Shown here: in pieces, positions 57,237 to 64,000 of the stretch
Position numbering within the stretch: the stretch's first letter is position 1
Layout: every line of letters starts with the position of its first letter
DNA from: a bacterium
GTDB lineage: Bacteria; Patescibacteriota; Microgenomatia; Woykebacterales; RBG-16-39-9b
NCBI GenBank assembly: GCA_030704665.1
Contig: JAUYID010000009.1
Coordinates: forward strand, 857,702 to 921,701
DNA length: 64,000 bases
Direction of reading: 5' to 3'
Translations under genes and position numbers: made by a program
Notes under the pieces: model-generated
What the model was told of the DNA's origin: nothing
The model's database searches: none
What the model saw: only the letters and a program-made list of their open reading frames with translations

Positions 57237-59312
57237 CTAGAACTTCTTTGCTAAGTTTAGACGACCTTGACTATCGATTTCCGTCACTCGGACTTTCATC
57301 GAATCTCCCACCTTGACCTCTTTGTGAATGTCTTCAACTCGGTAAGGAGCTATCTTGGAGATATGTACCAGACCTTCCTTGCCGGGCATGATCTCAACAA
57401 AAGCCCCAAACTCCATCACTTTTTTGACCATTCCGTCGTATTCTTCGCCTGGCTTTGGCTCATGAGTCAGACCTTCAATCCAGGTCTTCGCCTTCTCAGC
57501 GGCGGCGGGGTCAGAACCGGAAATCATCACTGTTCCGTCATCCTCAATGTCAATAGCAACCCCAGTTTCGTCAATGATCTTGTTGATTGTTTTTCCACCA
57601 CTACCAATGACCTCACCGATTTTCTTGGGTGGAATGTGCATGACGGTCACTCGTGGAGCGTATTTTGACAGATCGGAGCGAGTTTCGGGAATTGTGGAGA
57701 GCATCTTACTGAGAATAAAGGCGCGTCCTTCTTTGGCAGCAGCAAAGGTTTCTTCAACCATTTTTTGGCTCAAACCATCGATCTTGACGTCGAGTTGAAT
57801 CGCGGTAATTCCCTTCTCACTACCAGCGATTTTGAAATCCATATCTCCGTAAAAATCCTCAAGGGCTTGGATATCAGTCAAGACTTTGTACTTTTCTCCC
57901 TCGGTAACCAATCCCATAGCTACTCCCGAAACGGGAGCGGAAATTGGTACTCCGGCATCCATCAGGGCTAGAGTTGATCCACAAGTCGCTCCCATTGAAG
58001 TTGATCCAGAAGAAGACATCACTTCGGAGACCAGCCGTATTGTATAGGGAAACTTATCTTCTGCCGGAATTACTGGCTTGAGAGCCTTCTCTGCCAAAGC
58101 TCCGTGACCAATTTCACGCCGACCTGGGGAGCCAACCCGACGTACCTCTCCGGTTGAGAAAGGAGGAAAAGTGTAGTGGTGCATAAAACGTTTTGTATCT
58201 TCACCCTCCATACCATCAATTATTTGTTCTAGAGATGTAGACGCCAGTGTTGCCACGGTAAGAACTTGAGTGTCTCCACGGGTAAAGAGCCCTGATCCAT
58301 GAGTTCGAGGCAGAAGACTTACCTCAGTAGTGATTTTGCGAACTTCAGTCAATTCTCTACCATCCGGTCTTTTTTGATCTTTGATGATTGCTTCTCGAAC
58401 CATTTTTTTGACGGTCTCTTCAAAAATTTCGCTTATTTCGTCTTTGGAGATTCTTTCCTCAAACTCTGCAAACAGCTCTTCTTTAAATTCTAGAGCCGAT
58501 TCTTCTCTAGCAGCTCTTTCTGGGTTGAATAGCTTCTCTTTGAACCCCGATTTAATTTTTTCTACAATTTCTTTTTTGATTGTTTCGTCAATTTTCTTTG
58601 GCTCGTATTCTTTCTTGATTTGCCCCATCTCGGAAGTAAACTCTTCGATAAATTTCAGCACTGGAGCAGCGTTTTTACGGGCAAACTCAATGGCTTTGAT
58701 CATAACGTCTTCAGGAACCTCTCTGGCTCCCGCCTCAATCATGACGACTTTATCTTTGTTGAAAGAGACCGTCAGCTCGAGCTCAGAAGTTTCCAAATCG
58801 GTTTTGGTTGGGTTGAGGATAAATTCCCCGTCTTTGTAACCAACTTTGGCGGCCGAAACCGGTCCGGCCCAGGGCACGTGCGAGCTATGCAAAGCTGCTG
58901 AAGCGGCGATCAAGGCGACAATATCAGGATCGTTTTCTTGGTCGTAAGAAAGAATCGTCAAGATGACTTGAACTTCGTCAAAATAGTCCTTGGGGAAAAG
59001 CGGTCGAATCGAGCGGTCCACGAGACGTCCGTTGAGAATTGCGTCTTCCGTAGGTCTACCTTCCCGTTTAACAAAACGAGAACCAGAAATTCGCCCGGCA
59101 GCATAGAGCCTTTCTTCATAATCAACTGACAGTGGAAAATAACCCAAATCCTCCTTTGGAGTAGAGGCAACTACTGTTGCCAGTAGAACAGTGTCTCCAT
59201 AGCGAGCGATAATGGCCCGATCGGCTTGATTGGCGATTTTGCCGGTATCAAACGACAAAGTCCGTCCACCCCAAGAAATTTCTTTCTTGATTTCTTTTTT
59301 TACTTTATTCAT
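57237..59312 (-). CDS. pnp: polyribonucleotide nucleotidyltransferase (PNPase)
   Basis: 691 aa; 2 RNase PH domains, KH and S1. Confidence 0.95.
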   Translation of the reverse strand: MNKVKKEIKKEISWGGRTLSFDTGKIANQADRAIIARYGDTVLLATVVASTPKEDLGYFPLSVDYEERLYAAGRISGSRFVKREGRPTEDAILNGRLVDRSIRPLFPKDYFDEVQVILTILSYDQENDPDIVALIAASAALHSSHVPWAGPVSAAKVGYKDGEFILNPTKTDLETSELELTVSFNKDKVVMIEAGAREVPEDVMIKAIEFARKNAAPVLKFIEEFTSEMGQIKKEYEPKKIDETIKKEIVEKIKSGFKEKLFNPERAAREESALEFKEELFAEFEERISKDEISEIFEETVKKMVREAIIKDQKRPDGRELTEVRKITTEVSLLPRTHGSGLFTRGDTQVLTVATLASTSLEQIIDGMEGEDTKRFMHHYTFPPFSTGEVRRVGSPGRREIGHGALAEKALKPVIPAEDKFPYTIRLVSEVMSSSGSTSMGATCGSTLALMDAGVPISAPVSGVAMGLVTEGEKYKVLTDIQALEDFYGDMDFKIAGSEKGITAIQLDVKIDGLSQKMVEETFAAAKEGRAFILSKMLSTIPETRSDLSKYAPRVTVMHIPPKKIGEVIGSGGKTINKIIDETGVAIDIEDDGTVMISGSDPAAAEKAKTWIEGLTHEPKPGEEYDGMVKKVMEFGAFVEIMPGKEGLVHISKIAPYRVEDIHKEVKVGDSMKVRVTEIDSQGRLNLAKKF

Positions 59313-59338
59313 TTACTTTTAAGCTGGAAAAGAGTGAG

Positions 59339-59393
59339 GAACCAACGTGACCAAAAATTCTTTCTTTTTAAGAAACCTTGGTTACATCGGTTC
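59339..59393 (-). promoter_or_regulatory. long imperfect hairpin in the rpsO-pnp intergenic leader (candidate RNase III/autoregulatory site)
   Basis: GAACCGATGTAACCAAGG...24 nt...TTGGTCACGTTGGTTC on the transcript strand (roughly 13 of 16 positions pair, by eye). Confidence 0.4.
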
Positions 59394-59439
59394 AATCACT
59401 TCTTTCCAAAACCTCCTTTTTTAATTTTTAAATTTTAAT

Positions 59440-59709
59440 CTACTTACTTAAACCCAGTTTTGAAACAATCGACTTGTAGCGATCTGGGTCTTTTCTGGTC
59501 AAATAAACCAAGATTCGACGTCGTTTATTGACCATTTGCAGCAAACCACGTCGAGAGTGAACATCTTGTTTGTGCTCTTTCAAATGTTCAGTCAAGCGTT
59601 TGATTCTTTCAGAAAGCAAAGCAATTTGGACCTCTGGTGAACCAGTGTCCCCTTGATGCTGGGCAAAATCCTGCAAAATCTTTTGTTTTTCGTCTTTCTC
59701 TAATGCCAT
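59440..59709 (-). CDS. rpsO: 30S ribosomal protein S15
   Basis: 89 aa; S15 signatures. Confidence 0.95.
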   Translation of the reverse strand: MALEKDEKQKILQDFAQHQGDTGSPEVQIALLSERIKRLTEHLKEHKQDVHSRRGLLQMVNKRRRILVYLTRKDPDRYKSIVSKLGLSK

Positions 59710-59782
59710 TTTTACCTCAATTTAACTGACTTTGCTTCAATTATAACAGATTCGAGGCTAAGCTCGCAACCGCAGAAGACTC

Positions 59783-60583
59783 TTAGCTAGTTTTTGAACT
59801 CCTCATCACCTCTGGCGAAAACCAATCAACTCCTTTTTCTGCTTCAGTGAGACCAGTGCTAACTGTTCCAGGAAAGTTTTTAATTTTGGTACAGTAAGCT
59901 GCGTGCTCAAAAGTAAGTGGGTTTTTCACCTCTTCAAAGTTTTTGGTTGCGCTGCGCATTCCAAACAAAAGTAGCTCCGCCACCTTTGAGTTAGCCGCAA
60001 TATGAGTCTGCTCGAAAACAGTACTGACCAAGCCGCTGATTGAGTCCTCTTGTCCATCAACTACATTTACCTTCCCGTAACTAGCGTTACTGGCCTGATT
60101 GTCAATATTGATGGTCGGAATGGATTGGAAAATATTGCGGTCAATTTTTTCAGCTGACAGCTCGCTTGGATTGGAAATCCCAAGAGAAATAATTAGATCA
60201 TAATCTACTCCCCGATGAGAGTACTCAACTGCAGTTGGGTCAAGTTTCTTCCCAGAAGGGGTGATGATCAAATTAAACTTTTCTCCTTCAACACTGTAAC
60301 TAACTTTTTCAATCATGTTTTGCGACCAGTTAAATGAAACGACCAGATTGATCGGATCCAGATGGCTTTTTATCGTCGCAACCTTTTCCAAATTCTTGGC
60401 TGCATCCGGAAGGGTACCAAAACAAACAACCTCAACATTTTTTCCAATTTGCCCCCCAATCTCAGCCCAAGACAAGGCAGCGGCAACACTATCGGTACTA
60501 GGTTGATCCGAAAGTATGACTAAAGCTTTTTGAGCATTTCTCAAAAGATCCAGTATTTGTGTTCCTGCAATATTGATCTTCAT
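59783..60583 (-). CDS. hypothetical protein (position and N-terminus reminiscent of DHH/NrnA-like proteins, but no DHH motif)
   Basis: 266 aa, located between rpsO and infB; weak resemblance only. Confidence 0.3.
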   Translation of the reverse strand: MKINIAGTQILDLLRNAQKALVILSDQPSTDSVAAALSWAEIGGQIGKNVEVVCFGTLPDAAKNLEKVATIKSHLDPINLVVSFNWSQNMIEKVSYSVEGEKFNLIITPSGKKLDPTAVEYSHRGVDYDLIISLGISNPSELSAEKIDRNIFQSIPTINIDNQASNASYGKVNVVDGQEDSISGLVSTVFEQTHIAANSKVAELLLFGMRSATKNFEEVKNPLTFEHAAYCTKIKNFPGTVSTGLTEAEKGVDWFSPEVMRSSKTS

Positions 60584-60629
60584 AGATTTGTAATTGTAAC
60601 CTAAGCAGGGAAATAGGTAAACCTATAGG

Positions 60630-62075
60630 TCAACGAACAGCTTCAATTATATCACCGACTGCAAAATCAGCTTTTCCTTCCAGAGTCATGCCAAATTCAT
60701 CACCAACAGAGGCTGAATTGATGTCTTCTTGCAAATGTTTCATCGTTTTGATTTTCGCAGTACCGAGATTTCTTTCCCCGCGCGTAATATTTACTTTGTC
60801 TCCTTTACTCAGCTGGCCTTCGCTAACCTTACAACCAGCAACTCGGGCCGCATCGGCTTTGAAAATAGCGACAACCTCAGCTTTACCGACTACCTCTTCT
60901 TTTTTGACGTTGAGCAAAGCATCAACCCCTTCTTTGAGTTCGTCAAGCAATTCGTAAATAAGATTGTAGCTTCGGATCAGGACCTTGTCTTCCGCAGCTA
61001 AACTCGCGACCGTTTTTGAAACCGGAGCGTTAAAAGCAATGATGATCGACTTGGTTGAGGCAGCAAGCAAAATATCTGACTCAGTCACTTCCCCGGTTTC
61101 TTTGTGGACCACATTTACTTTACCTTCAGAAACCTCAATACTTTCAATTGCAGCGTTGATCGCTTCCAACGACCCGGCTGTGTCAGCTTTGAGAAGGAGG
61201 CGAACTTCTTTTACTTTTGGAACAAAGATATCGTCTCTTTCTTGTTGTTTCTTTTCTTCACCCACTTTGCCTTTTCCCAGGGTAAAAACTTCCCCAACCG
61301 CCGGGACGGCAGTCAAACCCAAAATGCCTACCGGCATTGAGCCCACGGCTTGGCTAACTCGTTCTCCGTTAGAAGTAATCAAAGCCTTGATACGTCCACT
61401 GGCACTATTACTGACAACCTGGTCCCCGACTTTTAGTGATCCTTTTTTTACCAAAATTGTTGCTACCGCTCCGCGATATTTATCCAAGCTGGAGTCGATG
61501 ACGACACCCTCAAAATTTGCTTGGGAAGTATCTTTCAACTCTGCTAAATCGCTCACCAAAAGAATCATTTCAAGAAGTTCTTTGACCCCCTCGCCGCTTT
61601 TGGCAGAGATCGGCACGGCTACCACGTCTCCACCATAACCTTCAACCAAGACGCCTTCGGCTGCTAAGCCTTTTTTCACTCGTTCTACATTGGCTCCGGG
61701 AGCGTCCATTTTGTTGATGGCCACTACCATGGGAACGTTGGCAGCTTTGATATGACTGATTGATTCTTTGGTTTGCGGCATGACCCCATCGTCAGCAGCA
61801 ACAACAAGAACTACAAGGTCGGTAACGGCAGCTCCTCGGGAACGCATGGCGGAAAAAGCCGCGTGTCCCGGAGTATCAATGAAAGTGATTATTCTGCCGT
61901 TTACTTCTGCTTGATAAGCGCCGATGTGCTGAGTGATGCCTCCATGCTCTGAAGAAGCAACACGGGCTTTGCGAATGTAGTCTAGTAACGTAGTTTTACC
62001 GTGGTCAACGTGCCCCATGACAGCGACCACTGGGGGACGGGTTTGAATTTTAGCATTTGTTTTTGCTTTTGCCAT
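60630..62075 (-). CDS. infB: translation initiation factor IF-2, short form (G domain to C-terminus only)
   Basis: 481 aa; [18 protein letters not shown]. Confidence 0.95.
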   Translation of the reverse strand: MAKAKTNAKIQTRPPVVAVMGHVDHGKTTLLDYIRKARVASSEHGGITQHIGAYQAEVNGRIITFIDTPGHAAFSAMRSRGAAVTDLVVLVVAADDGVMPQTKESISHIKAANVPMVVAINKMDAPGANVERVKKGLAAEGVLVEGYGGDVVAVPISAKSGEGVKELLEMILLVSDLAELKDTSQANFEGVVIDSSLDKYRGAVATILVKKGSLKVGDQVVSNSASGRIKALITSNGERVSQAVGSMPVGILGLTAVPAVGEVFTLGKGKVGEEKKQQERDDIFVPKVKEVRLLLKADTAGSLEAINAAIESIEVSEGKVNVVHKETGEVTESDILLAASTKSIIIAFNAPVSKTVASLAAEDKVLIRSYNLIYELLDELKEGVDALLNVKKEEVVGKAEVVAIFKADAARVAGCKVSEGQLSKGDKVNITRGERNLGTAKIKTMKHLQEDINSASVGDEFGMTLEGKADFAVGDIIEAVR

Positions 62076-62100
62076 AAAAATTTCTCAAAAAGAAAGTTTC

Positions 62101-63186
62101 TCATTTCGAACTTTTCTTGGTTGTTTTCTTTCTAGTCTTTTTGGCAGGTTTTGCCTTCGTCTCTTTCTTCCCTTTCTTTGCTTTGGTTGTTTTCTTTTTC
62201 GTTTCCTTTTTCTCAGGTTTTTTCTCTTCTTCATCTTCGAAGCTGGTAAGCCCAGCTCCCTTGATATCAATTCTCCAGCCAGTGAGTTTGGCCGCCAGAC
62301 GGACGTTTTGGCCATCTTTTCCAATCGCGAGAGAAAGCTGGTCTTCAGGAACCTCCACGTGAGCCGTTTTTTCCTCAGTAGCAACACTAACTTTGTCGAC
62401 CGTTGCTGGAGAAAGCGCGGCGGCGACAAATTTTGCTGGGTCATCGCTATAGGCAATTACGTCTATTTTTTCATTTCCCAACTCAGCAATGACTGCTTGC
62501 ACCCGAACACCTTTTTGTCCGACACAGCTACCAACCGGGTCAACGCCGGCTTGACGAGAAGAAACTGCGACCTTGCTGCGGGCACCGGCCTCACGGGAGA
62601 TGGCTTTGATTTCTACAATATTCGAACCGATTTCCGGAACTTCAAGTTTAAAAAGGCCCTCAACTAATCCTTTGCTCGAGCGCGAGACGATGATATCCTG
62701 ACCTCGTGAAGATTCCTTGATTCCAACGATATAGAATTTTAATCTTTGGTTGAGGCGGTACTCCTCTCCGGGAATTTTTTCGACTCCGGGCATGATAGCT
62801 TCGGTTTTCCCCAAATCTACCACCACATTTGGCCCTTCCAACCTTTGGATCATGCCGTTGGTGATAGTACCAACTCTTTTTTCATATTCGGAGAAAATTG
62901 CTCCCTTTTCCGCTTCTCGTATTCGTTGCAGAAGAACTTGTTTGGCTGTTTGTGCAGCAATTCGACCAAAGCCTTCCGGAGTGACATCCTTACCGTCTTT
63001 ATAGACTTTGGCTTCTCCACTCGTCGGGTCAATATCAGCATCAAGCTCCTCAACTTCCCCACCATAATCTTTTCGGTAGGCAGCTTTGATTGCTTCCTTG
63101 ATGATAGAAACAACCTCAGCCGGATCTATCCCGCGCTCAGCGGCGGCTTGGTTGAGAGCAGCTGCAAATTCTGTTCGTAGAGCCAT
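62101..63186 (-). CDS. nusA: transcription termination/antitermination factor NusA (Lys-rich C-terminal tail)
   Basis: N-terminal domain, S1, KH1 and KH2, followed by a roughly 50-aa K-rich tail. Confidence 0.9.
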   Translation of the reverse strand: MALRTEFAAALNQAAAERGIDPAEVVSIIKEAIKAAYRKDYGGEVEELDADIDPTSGEAKVYKDGKDVTPEGFGRIAAQTAKQVLLQRIREAEKGAIFSEYEKRVGTITNGMIQRLEGPNVVVDLGKTEAIMPGVEKIPGEEYRLNQRLKFYIVGIKESSRGQDIIVSRSSKGLVEGLFKLEVPEIGSNIVEIKAISREAGARSKVAVSSRQAGVDPVGSCVGQKGVRVQAVIAELGNEKIDVIAYSDDPAKFVAAALSPATVDKVSVATEEKTAHVEVPEDQLSLAIGKDGQNVRLAAKLTGWRIDIKGAGLTSFEDEEEKKPEKKETKKKTTKAKKGKKETKAKPAKKTRKKTTKKSSK

Positions 63187-63250
63187 GTTTTTTCCTTTTT
63201 GTAACTACACCTTATAACTGAGCGAAGACTGCTTTTTTTTGATCTCTGAT

Positions 63251-63278
63251 CAAAAAAAGTGGGTTTTTAATTCCCACT
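63251..63278 (-). terminator. intrinsic-terminator-like hairpin (AGUGGG-9 nt-CCCACU + U7) inside the nusA leader; candidate attenuator
   Basis: Seen directly. The U-tract can alternatively pair with a downstream A8 run via GAUCAGAGAUC (63232-63257). Confidence 0.45.
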
Positions 63279-63311
63279 AATCTAGTCTCTTACATTGAAT
63301 TGTCGAAGTTT

Positions 63312-63340
63312 AATATACCACTCCGGATTTTTTAGGTCAA
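63312..63340 (-). promoter_or_regulatory. consensus-like promoter (TTGACC-17-TATATT) for nusA-infB
   Basis: Minus strand: -35 at 63340-63335, -10 at 63317-63312. Confidence 0.5.
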
Positions 63341-63353
63341 GATAGGCAGCGTT

Positions 63354-64000
63354 TTAAGGGGAGACTTTAGTTACTTTATCAAAAGTTGCGGTCGAGAGCT
63401 TAGTTGCATCGTGAGCAGTCACCGCCAAGGTATCATAAACAGTGTTGTTCATGGGGAAACTCACACTTCCAACCTGGGTCCAACTAACTCCGTTACTTGA
63501 TTTGTAGGCTGTGTAGGTATTTACAGTTCTCTTCAGTCTCAACCAACAGTTGGGGAAAGAGCAACTAGTGTTGGGGTTGACGTAAACCGCAGAAGCGTTG
63601 GTTGAGTTGCGGTATTGGAAGGCAATCCCGTGACCTGGGGTGACCGCGACAAAGACGTTCTTTGCCCCCTGAGCTGTACTTTCTCGCATCATTACTCCTG
63701 CTTTGGCCCATTCATTCGTGTTCGTTTGAGAAGTAACACGAGCAGTAAAGACCTGGTCGCGGGATCTGCCTGAATAAAGAGCTCGGAAGGAATCGGCTGT
63801 ATTCCAAATATCATTACCCGAACCTTTCAGGGTATAAATCCCACCGGAAAGAGTTGAAGATCCAGCCAAACCACCACCAATATCGGTTTGAATCCAGCCT
63901 GAAATTGCTCCTTTACAGTACTTTGCCTTGACAAACCAATCTGAGACAATATCTTGATCCTTAGAGTCCAAACTCCCATCTGTATTTAGATCAAAACGCT
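63354..64000 (-). CDS. partial CDS (N-terminus beyond window): beta-rich, concanavalin-A-like/LamG-like domain protein
   Basis: Frame stays open to the window end (the track 'M' is an internal TTG). Gly/Ser/Thr/Asn-rich beta-strand-like sequence. Confidence 0.4.
   Translation of the reverse strand, partial: RFDLNTDGSLDSKDQDIVSDWFVKAKYCKGAISGWIQTDIGGGLAGSSTLSGGIYTLKGSGNDIWNTADSFRALYSGRSRDQVFTARVTSQTNTNEWAKAGVMMRESTAQGAKNVFVAVTPGHGIAFQYRNSTNASAVYVNPNTSCSFPNCWLRLKRTVNTYTAYKSSNGVSWTQVGSVSFPMNNTVYDTLAVTAHDATKLSTATFDKVTKVSP

Noticed and set aside
59710-59782. Possible tRNA in the 73-nt gap upstream of rpsO
   Set aside because: No acceptor/T-arm complementarity or GTTC-like T-loop.
62085-62456. 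123-aa Arg/Lys-rich ORF overlapping the nusA 3' end in another frame
   Set aside because: Frame artifact of the Lys-rich nusA tail (AAG/AAA repeats).

Overview
The window splits into two parts. Nt 1-15,100 is an accessory-looking, GC-mosaic segment. It carries a secreted metzincin-like protease, a GNAT/APH-like kinase pair, a cytoplasmic HExxH protein and a PlsC-like acyltransferase. It also carries a seven-gene copper-homeostasis operon (csoR-YHS-ccdA-tlpA-copA plus two small membrane ORFs, with a CsoR-type GC palindrome in the promoter) and a zur-zupT pair with a perfect 7-5-7 palindromic operator. Nt 15,107-63,200 is core housekeeping sequence, almost all on the minus strand. It starts with one ~20.5 kb uninterrupted gene array rpsL-rpsG-(small ORF)-fusA-tuf-rpsJ-rplCDWB-rpsS-rplV-rpsC-rplP-rpmC-rpsQ-rplNXE-rpsZ-rpsH-rplFR-rpsE-rplO-secY-adk-map-infA-rpmJ-rpsMKD-rpoA-rplQ-rplM-rpsI, with no rpmD (L30). 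It continues with ppiB, DUF192, rpoB-rpoC, mltG, ruvX, alaS (short form), ftsK, rodZ-like, tadA, rnj, udg, pnp, rpsO, infB (short form) and nusA. L30 loss, a short AlaRS and a short IF2 are consistent with a reduced-genome, low-GC bacterium, possibly CPR/Patescibacteria; this is inference only. No rRNA, tRNA or CRISPR was found. The most unusual signal is a recurring ~50-nt intercistronic element (6 copies in this window). It has a conserved core (GGTTGTTTTTGRAAAACTAAAAATT, minus-strand sense) flanked by palindromic arms that differ between copies. In three copies the two arms changed together so they still pair; the rpoB-rpoC copy pairs over 6 bp only. Several copies also begin with an ATG, giving 21-41 codon mini-ORFs whose start/stop codons overlap the flanking genes (ATGA), including one that bridges rpoB and rpoC.
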